Assembly: GCA_964234715.1 (NCBI GenBank) | Contig: OZ174276.1 | Direction: 5' to 3' (one strand) | DNA from: Podarcis melisellensis | Taxonomy: Eukaryota | Length of the DNA: 64,000 nt | Shown: positions 23,302 through 35,272 of the stretch, piece by piece | Layout of the letters: each line of letters begins with the position of its first letter | Numbering within the stretch: position 1 is the first letter of the stretch | The notes under the pieces: generated by a model | Seen by the model: only the letters and a program-made list of their open reading frames with translations | The model's database searches: none | Told to the model about the DNA's origin: nothing | Made by a program: the position numbers and the translations under genes

Positions 23302-23988
23302 CTGCAACGGAGGAAACAAGCGAAAAACGGTGCTTTGCAACACACTGATAAATGTTTAACTTTCCTCCTGTTGTTATTCTCAATTGCTGTATTTTACTAT
23401 TTAGCAGACACACAATGACTGTTAATTCAGAATTTAAAAAAACACCACAATTTAAAATCAGAAAGTCAACAAAAATGTGGCCGAGACATATAAAAATGTG
23501 TCAAGTAAATGCTGGAAATGTAAGCAGATAGAAGGGTTGTTCCTCCATCTGTGGTGGACGTGTAAAAAATCGAAAGGCTTTTGGGAAATGATAGCTGGTG
23601 AAGGCAATAAGGTATTAGCGTAACTGGTATAATGCAAGCATAATAATGAAAGTCGGGGGTGGGGGGGTGGCATGCCCTAAAAGGGAGTGAGAACTTAAGG
23701 CCAGAAGCAGGACAGATCACAAAAGGCACCACCTCATTTCAGTCTAAGAAAAGCTGTTGAAGGTGTGTGTTGGGAGAAAGAGGGAAGCTAATTTCTCCCA
23801 CTGGGAAAGGCGGGCTGGTCTTTTTTGGTACAGTACATCCCCTCAGGATATTACAAGCTAGAAAATGAAAGCAATGTTCAGCCCAGGACAGATTAGCATG
23901 CATTACCAATCCTCTGGCTTACAGAGCATCAAAAAAGGATAACATCTTGGGAGTGCAAAATTATTCATACTGTCAAAGTGCAAAGTAC

Positions 23989-24056
23989 CTGGAACATGTT
24001 CCATTGGCTGCTCTCAGGAACTTCTTTTGCTGCAGTGGGAGCTGGGTCATTCAGGC
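23989..24056 (-). CDS. GGA3: GGA3 exon 12 (hinge)
   Basis: cttag|GC LNDPAPTAAKEVPESSQWNMFQ|gtactt; 68 nt. Confidence 0.88.
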
Positions 24057-24294
24057 CTAAGCGCAAAACGACATTTTAGGGAACAAAAGGAATAGGCAAG
24101 CAAAATGTGTAAATAAGGGAACAATCCCAGCTGAACCAACATTTAACTATTCAACGGATTGAGATGGGAAAGATCCACCTGAGTGCAAATCCACCCTCCA
24201 TGTGGTCACTTCTGAACTTTGCTCTATTCTGACTGTAAGGCAGATTTATTTTATTATGTAACAAGCCAGCGGTAAGCAAGCTCTGCATTCTATA

Positions 24295-24330
24295 TTCATT
24301 CATTCATTCATTCATTCATTCATTCATTCA
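24295..24330. repeat. (TTCA)n microsatellite
   Basis: About 9 units seen directly. Confidence 0.9.
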
Positions 24331-24545
24331 GTTCCAGCGGTTTTTTAAAGGCGTTACTCAAGGGTACACAGTACCAGCACCTCTTTGTTGTGGCATTTAC
24401 TGTAACAACTTCATGGTGAGGGCCGGCACCTATTTTTCTAGGGGGAAAAGCACTGCTTGGTACTTAACATGCCTCCTTTCAAGGCAAAGCCCTCCCAAGG
24501 CGGCATTCAAAAGATAATTAGGCTTATACTCTGCTTCCTGAACAT

Positions 24546-25003
24546 TTGTTGTTGTTGTTGTTGTTTAGTCATGTCCGACTCTTCGTGACCCCATGGAGCA
24601 GAGCACGCCAGGCACTCCTGTCTTCCACTGCCTCCCACAATTTAGTAAAACTCATGCTGGTAGCTTCGAGAACACTGTCTAACCATCTCGTCCTCTGGTG
24701 TCCCCTTCTCCTTGTGCCCTCCATCTTTCCCAACATCAGGGTCTTTTCCAGGGAGTCTTCTCTTCTCATGAGGTGGCCAAAGTATTGGAGCCTCAGCTTC
24801 ACGATCTGTCCTTCCAGTGACCACTCAGGGCTGATTTCCTTAAGAATGGATAGGTTTGTTCTTCTTGCAGTCCGTGGGACTCTCAATAGTCTCCTCCACC
24901 TTAATTCAAAAGCATCCATTCTTCGGCGATCAGCCCTCTTTATGGTCCAGCTCTCACTTCCATACATCACTACTGGGAAAACCATGGCTTTAACTATACG
25001 GAC
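24546..25003 (-). mobile_element. Bov-B (RTE clade) LINE, 5'-truncated 3' end
   Basis: Minus-strand peptide IVKAMVFPVVMYGSESWTIK...LEKTLMLGKMEGTRRRG...HGVTKSRT typical of the Bov-B RT C-terminus; (CAA)n tail; 12-bp TSD CTTCCTGAACAT. Confidence 0.93.
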
Positions 25004-25662
25004 CTTCCTGAACATACTAGAGCTAAATCTCTGGATGTTCTTGCTTTCCCTTCTGGCGGCTTCACCAATAGCAGCTGGCTGCTGTAAGGAGGGGTGTGAG
25101 GCACGATGGAGGGGTGTCCAACCTCTGCAACTTCTCAGATGGTGCTCTTCCTCCTGTTCAGTGGTATCTCCAGAACAGGTAAGGTTAGATAATCTGGTGA
25201 TTATCTAATGTTTATTAGATGGATTTCCCCTAAAGTGATTTCTGAACTTTGACTTTTATTGTTATTCATGTTTTTATACTATATTTTATGCTGCTTATAC
25301 AATTAAGTATTTTAAATTTGTTGTTAGCCGCCCTGAGCCTGGTTTTTAAACCGGGAAGGGCGGGGTATAAATAAAAAATTATTATAATTTATTATGGACA
25401 TGCCACTCTCTGTAGCTCTCAGTGATAACCCAGTCCAGTAAATTCAAGTGGAGGGACTTTTTTTATTTCTTTCTGGGGAGGTGTGGTAGGGGGCGTTTTC
25501 TTAACAACAGACACTCAGCAAAAATACCGGCAAACCTGTGTGCAGCAGCTACTTAGCAGTGCCTCCCACCGAAGCCCTTAGGAAAAGGCGAAAGATTTGT
25601 ATGATCTGAAGAGAAGCCAGAAACCTTCCACAGCCAGTGCACCCAAACCACACCTGCCTTAC

Positions 25663-25941
25663 CTAAGCATAGCAGTTCCTCGTCAAGCAAAGAGATGGAA
25701 TTGGCCGAGCTCGTCAAGAGAGCAGAAGTGGCTTCTGCCTGGCTCGACGAACGACTCCGGGGGTGACCGATGGTCTGAGGGGGAGGTGGTAGGATGGGGA
25801 TTTCTGACGAGGCTGGAGCTGGAGTTAATGTCGGTGCTGGTGTCAACGTCGTTGGGGGAATCGGTGGTGGCGGAGGCGTGCTAGAAATGTCCAGTCCCGC
25901 CAAGTCAATGAGTGTACTGATGTTAACGGAAGAATCACTTC
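25663..25941 (-). CDS. GGA3: GGA3 exon 11 (hinge; LIDLA clathrin box, DEELL motif)
   Basis: ctgtag|GA SDSSVNISTLIDLAGLD...SISLLDEELLCL G|gtaagg; 279 nt. Confidence 0.92.
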
Positions 25942-28315
25942 CTACAGTGATGAGGAGAGAACATAAAATATGGCAACGGATGCATACAAACAATATAACA
26001 ATATAACATATCCAAATCAAGGAGGGCGGTGGTGGTGCAAATGCCTAGATGCTGCTGAGAATACCATCGGTTTTCAAATTCTATGCCTCCTGTAGTAAAC
26101 CTTCAAACATGAACTGCAGGTCCCTCAAGTTTCCATGAGTGTGCACACCATTATCCTCAAGATACCCAGGTCCTAAAAAGTGACCACTTTTGCCCAAATT
26201 TCTTGACTGACACCCTTGCACAGTGTTCAAGTAGACACAACGGACAACACCCAGTGATGTCCAACTCCTTCCTTAACAGAAACCTACTTGTACAATGGGA
26301 TGTCAGATTCCTGCTCTCCAGAGTGGATTTTTGAGGCAGAGGGAGGAGAAGCTAGAAGCCTCATTGTGTTGAGTGGCCATCTCACCCAAGGGGCCAGGTT
26401 TCATTTCTGAGAAACTGCTGTACTAGGGCAGAATGTATTATCAGTTCTTTATGTAGGTAAAGGACACCTGGATGGTTAGTCCAGGACTCTATCCAAAGCG
26501 GGTTACAATATTTTTCTTTTTTAAAAAAAGGACACTAAAGAGACAACAAAGGAAGGGGAGGGACATGGAAGCAGGAGAAACATACTCAGACTTTATTAAA
26601 GTATGCCTCTGTGTAAAAAAAGAAACAGACTTCCCCTAATTTTATTAAGACGTGCAAAACAGACTTTTGGCTGCATTCAGCTCTTTCCATTGATAGTACG
26701 AACTGGGAGCTCTTGGCCATTTCCTGGGCAATTTCTTCTGTCTCTAATCTTAAAGAAAATTATTAATTGATAATTAACAATGCTGCGATAAACCCCCATA
26801 TTCTGATGTAGATCAACAGGGCCACCTGGTATTCTCACCCCCTGCAGTTAACCCTAAATGGTGAGCTATTCTCCTGCATTGTCTCTGAATATATATGCTC
26901 CACTTAAGCCTTTCTAAACAATGGTCTGACTGGTCTGAACTGGCCAGGCCTTTTGTAATGTAAGTTCAGAGTAGTTAGGGAGGCTCTTGGCAATTTTCTG
27001 GTTAAGAGATTGCTGACATCAGAGATGGGGCTTATTTTTCAGCTGGAGCCAAACAATGATCCCCATTAGAAAGGAGGCAGCTTTTACCTGGCTCAGATTC
27101 CCATGTGAGCGTTTACTCTCAGTCTTTGTCTTCCTGGAAACCTGATCAGGAATGCAAAGATGCTCCCTCTTAGAACCTCTCAGCTAATCAATGTCTGTTA
27201 CCAACAACTAAACACCAACTTAGCATCACCTGTAGCTTTCTGCATTTAATTTCCTTCTGGCCACACTGTTGACAGCTCCCCCCCCAACCCCCATATGTTT
27301 ATAACCCAGGATAGCATTTCATGAATCTTCAATGGGGATTTAGTGCAGCTGGGGGGCCCTCTTTCAGCAAGCCCCTTTGAAGGTGCACTTTTGCAGACAG
27401 AATGTTTTTGAAGTGGCTCACCTTGAGCCTCGCTTTGTCTGTTTGCAGGTGCAGTTTGAATCCAAACAGGCCTGCAAATGAACTTCAAAGGGGCTTGCTG
27501 TTAACTGCTAATCAGCTGGCATCATAATGGCAACCGTGCCCACCTGTCAAAGTTAGCCTGCAGAGGGTGGAAGTCAGGATCCAACTCCCTGCCCCTGTTG
27601 TAAGTCAATGGTTTCACTCTGGAATCCTTTGTTCAAGAAAGGCCACTTGACAATCACGAACAGAGCGTCCTCGGAAGCTGAAATGTTCTCCCTCTCCCCT
27701 CTGAATATTTGCCCTTTCTGGTGCCAGTTTTGCACCCACTTTTTCTTCTGCATATCTATACCCATAAATCATTTCTGGGTATATGTGTCAGTGTTAATCT
27801 CGGAAGCAGACCTGTGGAGCTCCTCTATGAAAAACCACTTTCATTGCAGCTGGCCCTGTACAGAAGGATCTTGAAGGAGCAAAACCTATCCATGCTGAGA
27901 TATCCTGATTCCACTCCCACCCACTGCTTCAAAGCACACTGTATGTATCATATAAGCAGACTGAATCATCTTAGAATTGCCATTTCTCTAGGATATCCCT
28001 GTCTTGTCTAAAATAGCGTGATCAGATAGTTGTAAGAAGACACCTGCATCCTTTTTGGAGGCTTAAAGACAATTGTGTTGCCATTGAACTGGGGCTAAAA
28101 GTCTCTGCTAAATTCTTCACCTTGGGATTTGATTACGGTGAGCAGCAATCCAGAAAGGAAGAGTTATTATTTGTAAAAAGACTTAAAAATTTAGAACAAG
28201 GGATTAGGAAGTACTTCTGTATTGTAAGTGACATATAATTTAAAGATTATACAAAAGCTGGGAAACATGATATTTCATAGAAGGGCCGGTGTTGCTCCTG
28301 AAAAATATGACTCAC

Positions 28316-28432
28316 CATCTGTTGGAGGCAGCCCAGGAATATCCACTTCACCATTGACGACTTGCCCCTCAATAATTCTTTTATAGGAATTTATTACGCG
28401 TGATAAGTTGTCACTAGCCTGCAGGATGTCGC
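28316..28432 (-). CDS. GGA3: GGA3 exon 10 (GAT end)
   Basis: ttacag|GC DILQASDNLSRVINSYKRIIEGQVVNGEVDIPGLPPTD G|gtgagt; 117 nt. Confidence 0.94.
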
Positions 28433-28677
28433 CTGTAACGGAGACACAAACAGTAAACGACCAATGTAAATAACTTCATCTTCAGCAATGCTTTCTCAGG
28501 CTAGGAACGGGACCAGCTCACTTGATTTCATTCATTTCCACGACAAAGAAATCCACCCACCCCTAACGGCACTGCCTTTGTAGGTGCTGCGGTTATATGC
28601 TTCTCTGGCTTTTGCCACATCCATTTCTGCTATCAATATTTAGGATTTATGTAAACGAAGGAAGATTTGGTGGTTGG

Positions 28678-28867
28678 GGGAGGGCCATAGCTCTGTGGCA
28701 CAGCCCTGGCTTCCCATGCAGTAGATATCTGGCTCAATTCCCAGCATCTCCAGGTACGTCAGAGAGAGACTCCTGCCTGAAACTTTGAAGAGCTGCTGCC
28801 AGCCAGTGTAGACTATATTGATACAGATGGACCACCGGTCTTACTCTGTATAAGGCAGCTTCCTATG
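28678..28867 (+). mobile_element. Squam2-like tRNA-derived SINE
   Basis: GGGCCATAGCTC A-box-like head; ...TATAAGGCAGCTTCCTATG end. Confidence 0.7.
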
Positions 28868-29030
28868 ATATATATCTGATATTCTATCCAACACCTCTGA
28901 CTTACCTATATGGATTATAGATTCTTTTCAGCTGACATTATACATAATATCCAGGCTTTTAACCACCTATTAAGGCAAAAGCATGTCCCAGTTTACCTCC
29001 GGTCCTGCAAAGAAAAACTTATCGTTTTAC

Positions 29031-29112
29031 CCAGAGTGCTGTCATTATCCTCTGTCTCGCTGGCCAGTTTGAATAACGTCCGCCTCTTGGTTTCACATCT
29101 GTCATAGAGCTC
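29031..29112 (-). CDS. GGA3: GGA3 exon 9 (GAT)
   Basis: ccccag|ELYDRCETKRRTLFKLASETEDNDSTL G|gtaaaa; 82 nt. Confidence 0.94.
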
Positions 29113-29171
29113 CTGGGGAAGGGTGGGGAGAAGGTGAGAGATAGGGGCCAATGAGTCAAAATGGACATGTG

Positions 29172-29318
29172 CAGTGGCGTAGCGTGGGTTGTCAGCACCC
29201 GGGGCAAGGCAAGTAATTTGTGCCCCCTAACCCGTGGATTTGCGCCCCCTAACCCTAACCCTCAGATGTTGCGCCCAGTGTGGTCGGCCCCCCCTGCACC
29301 CCCCACGGTACGCCACTG
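29172..29318. mobile_element. hAT MITE, 147 bp
   Basis: TIR CAGTGGCGTA(G/C)CGTGGG; perfect 8-bp TSD GACATGTG. Confidence 0.9.
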
Positions 29319-30491
29319 GACATGTGCAAGCCTTTGTACTGAAACCTCATTTACTTATGCACAAAAGCCCAAGGCATCACCACTGCAAAGGCTTGACACA
29401 AGATTTCGATACAATATTGGTGGTCCAAGACGTGGACACTTGCGCTAACAGAAAAATTGATGCAGAGACATTGAGTCACAAGGGGTGAAAGCAAAAGAGA
29501 CATGTTTGCCAACACTTTTAAACTTATGTAGCGGGTCAGAGAGTGCTGTGCAGACACCGCTCACTCAGAAGAACTTCTAATTGGCATTATTACTGAGACA
29601 CCTTTTCTCTTGAATTGCTTCTGGTGCCTGAAGAGCAGTCGGTGTTACCTGAGTGTAAATGACTGCCTCTGGCTATTCGTCTTTCATGTTGGTGATAGAT
29701 GTGCACTGTATTGTTATAGTTATGCATTTTGGGTTGTTGTTTTTAATGTAATTAACGTACCCCAATGTTGTATACCTGGAAATATCTTGAAAATAACCAG
29801 TAATCATTAAAAGTCTCGTTTGTTTTCCTCGATTGTCTTCTCCTTAGCTGAGCGATGCTGTCAGTTTGCATTTCTTAGTGCAGAAAGTATTGATCTGATG
29901 TGTAGAGATTTTTCTTATTCTAATTCATTCAAGAGGTTTCTGGAAGCTTCTCTGTATGAAAGAAGCTTCATGATTGTTTGGGGTATAGAGAAGATGAGTA
30001 CAGCTGGCTTGAACTGGTTCTTTTATCTTTTCCAATTAAGATCTTGTTGACTATAAATATAAGCCAGAAGGAGCCTGGGTTTTACTTTCACTTTCTCTCT
30101 CCTTTGTTCTGGTGTCCTGTTCTGTATGATAGTGTTAAGGTTTAGTCTTATTATACGTTTTTGTAAATTTTTTTGTAAGTGCTGCAAATCAATTTTTATG
30201 GACTGTGCCAACCCTGAATGTACTGGATTTGTGACCATTATGCTCATTTGCCTTCAGTAGAAGTAAATCTCCGCTGGATGAAGTACAATTGCCTCTGGTC
30301 TATTGTCTGGAAACTCTGCTATGTGTTTAAGTTTTTTCCTTCCCAGAAGAAACTGGGGCGACAGGTGCCTGCACCTATTTTTGCAGGGGAAGCTGGGCTA
30401 TAAAATTCCTTCATGTTGGGAGATGGAAGTCAAAAGAAAATCAGAGGGTAACAAGCACTCAAGGTTTTACCAGCAGAGAACTCACACTCAC

Positions 30492-30629
30492 CTTCATCAG
30501 CTCTTTGTCAGCCTCCGAAGAGTCTTCTTTGCTGTAGTGAACCAGCATCTCGTTCAACAGCTTCACATTGTTGTTCACCTCCTCCAACGTGTGCATGCGC
30601 TTTGTGACTTTCTGTATGCGTGCCTCATC
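30492..30629 (-). CDS. GGA3: GGA3 exon 8 (GAT)
   Basis: ttgaag|DEARIQKVTKRMHTLEEVNNNVKLLNEMLVHYSKEDSSEADKELMK|gtgagt; 138 nt. Confidence 0.94.
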
Positions 30630-31870
30630 CTTCAAATTTTAAAGCAAAAGAGGTAATATGAGTCTTTCCTTTGTTCTTCCGCTACTGTCCAGGACAAGTT
30701 GGCTTGAAGAATCCAGAAGTCTGGTTACTTATCACCAGCAGTTACAGAATTCTGTCTACAGAGCCCCTACCTTCTGCTATCAAAATAGTCCTGAAGTTTT
30801 GACTTCTGGGGATACATTTGCAAAACAGGCAACTCTCAATCCATAGTAACAAGACCCCCACCCCACCCCACCCCACTCCTTTTTTCAGGGGGATTTACTC
30901 CTAGGAATGTTTGCACAAAATTAGGTAAAATGGTAGGAGCAAATTATATATTGAACTAGAGGGGGAAAGGGATACATAGATCATGGGGAGAAACAGGAAG
31001 CCATGCGAAATGAAGCGAGGATGACCAAACGAGCAGGAGAACAAAGCTCTTGTAACTGGAATCGTTGCCTAGAAGAGGGGAGTTTTGGCAGGTGCAACTC
31101 ACTTTGCAGGAGTGAGAAAAGGTACACTTGCCCACATTCTCTCTTCCAGGCAGCCATTAAAGGCACAGGTGCTCTTGTCCTTCTTTGCATCTGGTCTCCG
31201 CAAGAGAAGCCTTTTAACCCTGAACAACCAGACAGCTCCTTGCCACTTCTGCTCCCTGAGCCTTTCAGAAATGCTGCATGTCTATTTTCAAAGCAACTTT
31301 CATGCTTTTCTTTCGGGGGGAGGATGCAAAAGGCCAACGTAAGATCAGAGGAAATCAGAGACAGGAATGCCATACCCAACCAAGACAAGGACAACCTATG
31401 GCACTAGAGGAAAAGGGAACTTCTGTCCTTGCAACTTGCACCCCAAACCCAATTCTAAACACAGCTGAGTTAGGCATGCCTAAGCCCACCAGTTTCAATG
31501 GACGGAAGCACACTTAGCTCTGCACAGCGTAGGGCTGTGACTGGGAGGATGAGCAGGAAAAGGACTAGGGCATCGGCAGCTATCAGTAACCCCAAGGAAT
31601 ACCAGGCAAAGGGGGGCTATAAATCACTGAGCAGCTTTTCTTAGTTTACTATGCAAACTCTAATTGCAGCATCAAACCTGGGTAAGAACTTGGGTTTTGC
31701 TCAGGAAGGAAACCAGAGCATTGTTTACAGACAGCACAGATATTCAGGTCTTCTGACATTATAGCAGCCCAATGGTACGGCTCAAATATTCTAAAAACGC
31801 TTAAAATTACAAAACAAGCCCCAAACAATGATCACCCCTACAGATATGTTGATTAAGTGCTCAGTCTCAC

Positions 31871-31951
31871 CTCTTTCACCATAGATTTAATAAGCTTGTT
31901 TGCCTCCTGCAAATCATCTGGATTTTTGCTTTTTAACAGTTTAGCTAAAAG
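31871..31951 (-). CDS. GGA3: GGA3 exon 7 (GAT, ARF-binding hook)
   Basis: tttgcag|LLAKLLKSKNPDDLQEANKLIKSMVKE|gtgaga; 81 nt. Confidence 0.95.
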
Positions 31952-33211
31952 CTGCAAAAAGGGAAAAAAACTTTTAGGAAAAGTGTTTTAGGAGTGACAG
32001 AACTTTTCCTGGTTTTGCAGATTCTCAGTTGAGGAATTGATACCTTATGCTTGCATTAACCAAGTTTTGTTTTGTCTTTGAAGCATCCAACTTTTGGCAC
32101 TCTGATCATGAACACATTAGAACAGAAGCAAGAAACGTGGATGCTATTGGAACGTACATCATATTAACTTGCTCAGGCTAGTGGTTTCAGTGCTCCGATA
32201 GGGGAAGCTGACAGCAGTTCATCACCAGCTACTTCAGAATCAGGACCGGGGTTGGAGGGAGCCAATGTTGGGTTGTCACTGGTCTCCCCCAACCTTAGCA
32301 TGGTTGGTCCAGAGGCACTCTATGACAACTACAGCTAGGGATGAGGTTCATTTAGCAAGAGGAGTAAGACAAGAAAGTGCACTTTAAATTACTCATCTCA
32401 ACTTTAGAGTGTCTATTTGACACCCACTTCTATTCCGTCCTCTCTCGAGACAGCAGCAGTCTACAGCAATAGTCCTTCTGGGTTGTGTCCAATCCTGTGC
32501 ATGTAGAGTTCTATTCGCACAATGGAACTTCCCCTTCCTCTCCCCACACATCCTCAAAGTCTGCTCTGGAGGGTGAGGGTCTGTGGGGAGCTGCAGGGGA
32601 GAGGAGAAGAGGGAAAAGTTCCACTGAGCAAGCAGAAAGTCTGTTGCAATAATAGCCAAACAAGAAGACCCTCAATGTGCAGAAGTGCTGGAATCTGCAC
32701 CATGTTCAAGAGCATGAGCCGTGACTTGGAAATTTCTGTTCAGGCCTAAACTCACTGAGTGCTCTAGGTGAGTCACTGCTGAGAGTATAAGCTCTTAAGT
32801 TTCGCTCCAGTGAGATGGCAATGGTAATCAGAGTCAGACCCCAAAAAATAAATTGGAAAGATCTATTTAAATCAAAGCATAGGAATGATAAAACTATATA
32901 AACTCAGCAATAACTAGAGTTTGAAAATGTATAAATGGAATATAAGAGCAGTATATAACTGGAAAAAGAATATTAACCAAACAGCCACCAATTAAGCATG
33001 CACATTACTAAATCCTAAATTGCATCTTTCTAAAACTTCAACCAGTACAAACTAGTTAAAAGGTTTCTAAATTCCCAGCCTTAAATTAGTTTAACTCCTC
33101 TCTCTCTCTCTCTCTCTCTCATCTGCAAATGGGGATAAGAAGACTGGTTTACTTATAGGAGTGTTGTATGGATGACAGGGAAAATGAAAGTGAAGCTCTT
33201 AAGTCCTTAGG

Positions 33212-33373
33212 NNNNNNNNNNNNNNNNNNNNNNNNNNNNNNNNNNNNNNNNNNNNNNNNNNNNNNNNNNNNNNNNNNNNNNNNNNNNNNNNNNNNNNNNN
33301 NNNNNNNNNNNNNNNNNNNNNNNNNNNNNNNNNNNNNNNNNNNNNNNNNNNNNNNNNNNNNNNNNNNNNNNNN
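33212..33373. other. Assembly gap (162 N) in GGA3 intron 6
   Basis: Run of N; flanking exons join in frame, so no coding exon needs to be missing. Confidence 0.98.
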
Positions 33374-33941
33374 TTTGCAAACTTCATCATCCTCTCCTGT
33401 TCACATACATACACAACACATCTTACATTTTCTTCAGTGAAGCCATGCAGGGCTTTCCCAGGCTTCATTTTTTTTCATAGTTTAAAGACCATAACATGCT
33501 CTTGCCCCCTTTCTTTCAGCAAACAGTAAAGAGAAATTTAAATGAAGCTAATCATAGAATTGCAGAGTTGGAAGGGACCCCTAGGGTCATGGCTGGCTAA
33601 AGTCAGCCGAGTATTCCTGAGAGATTCACTGCTACTCTACATGCAGAAGAGGCAAGCCTCCTCCGCCCTCAACACAAAGAGGCAACAAGGAGTTAAACAC
33701 ATTTTGTAAGATACAAAAGCATTTGTGAAAACTTCCAAAACGTTAAGTTGTCGTGCTATGACACTCGTGAGAAATAGGAACTACTCAAAACATTTGAACC
33801 TTGGACATTTTTTTAAAAACTATAGCAAACCAGATTGAGGGGTGATGGTGGTTTAGATCTTTATATTTGCTATCCTTTGTCAAGCGCTAGAAGATGCCAA
33901 GTTCTAGGAATTACAGTGCTAATTTTTGCAGTTAGCTTTAC

Positions 33942-34045
33942 CTTGGATTTCTCTTCATCATCAAACACAGGGTTTTTGGGACGAGCTGGAGGGGAGGGGA
34001 TTAGGGTACTCTCTGCAGGAATTACAGGGTCAGACAGCACAATGC
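33942..34045 (-). CDS. GGA3: GGA3 exon 6
   Basis: atccag|GC IVLSDPVIPAESTLIPSPPARPKNPVFDDEEKSK|gtaaag; 104 nt. Confidence 0.94.
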
Positions 34046-34794
34046 CTGGATGCAGAAAGGAAGAAAAACATTGTCACTCTTTACAGGAAAGCTCTCTGGG
34101 TTTGCTTGTTCACTGCCAGTTGTCTGCACACAAAAAACCCAGCAAGCTCTATCCTATTAAAGCCATCTTAATGCATTGAACTAGGGTCTGCTACCTGCAA
34201 ATGGTGCTCTTAGTGGACTGCCATCTCAGAAGGTAGGTAAAAGCCTACAGTGCCTTATACAATTAGCAGACAAGAACCAGGCACTGTTCTGAGTCTCATT
34301 CCTACTGACTGTCAGTATGCAGCTCACCTGCTGACAGGCTATGATGGGCTTTTCTGTCTGCAGCTGAACTCCTGTAATTCACTTTGGGATGTCTTTAAGA
34401 CTTGCTCCCTCTCATGATCTTGTAAGCCCATGTTTGTGCCCTTGAGCGTGTGAGCTTGTCCTGGGTTCTCTTACTTGCCTGACATTTCCTGATTATCATG
34501 TGACCTCAAACGAAGCATTAGGAGCGAGGGACAAAAAAATAAGCAGCTGGTGTATGGGTTGGAAATCAATGGTAATAAAATAGGCAGCCAGGGCCATAAT
34601 CATCACAGCACTGAACTCTACAGCTCAGTTAAGATTCTGCAACCGGCGGGATAAGACAGCATGACTCTTGATCAAACTGGTTCACTGTCTAGGTGTGCAG
34701 AAGCTACTACCTCTGAGGTCACAAAATTATAAAGTGCCACTAAACAGCAGCTTAAGGAGTATATGAAAGGCTGAAGAAGGAAATTGTTTCCCAC

Positions 34795-34918
34795 CTTGTC
34801 TTTTCAACATGTAGTAGGCGTCTTTGATTTTGGACTCGTCTGGCAGAGCCACCGTCCAACTATACAGAAGCTCAATTATTTTGCTTTTGACCTTCTCTGA
34901 CACTCTGTCTCCCAGGTA
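34795..34918 (-). CDS. GGA3: GGA3 exon 5 (VHS)
   Basis: ttgcag|YLGDRVSEKVKSKIIELLYSWTVALPDESKIKDAYYMLKRQ G|gtggga; 124 nt. Confidence 0.95.
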
Positions 34919-35272
34919 CTGCAAGAATAGCCAAGAAGGTGAAAGATGTTGGTTTCTCTGTCCTCACATCAAAGAACCTACTTTGAACCATTATGTGAGT
35001 TGTGGGGCAAAACAGTTTCTGTGTCTGAGAGATACAGGCTGTGTACATATAATATTTTACTCTAGGGTCCATGAAGACAGAGTACTTGTTTTTTTTTGTA
35101 TGTAGTCCAAACATGATTCGGATCTGCTGCATATTTTTTGCCCCTGAAAAGCTCTTCTTGAGAAATTGAGTCTTGATCTGAAAATACATCTTGATTTTGC
35201 AGTTTTGATTGTGTCTATTTAAAAAGAGATGAAAATGGATGTAGGCAGTGCCAGCAAGGCAGGGATGTTGTA

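Noticed and set aside
24546-25208. 220-aa plus-strand ORF
   Set aside because: Antisense reading of the Bov-B fragment.
33168-33468. ORFs containing poly-X
   Set aside because: Artefact of the N gap.
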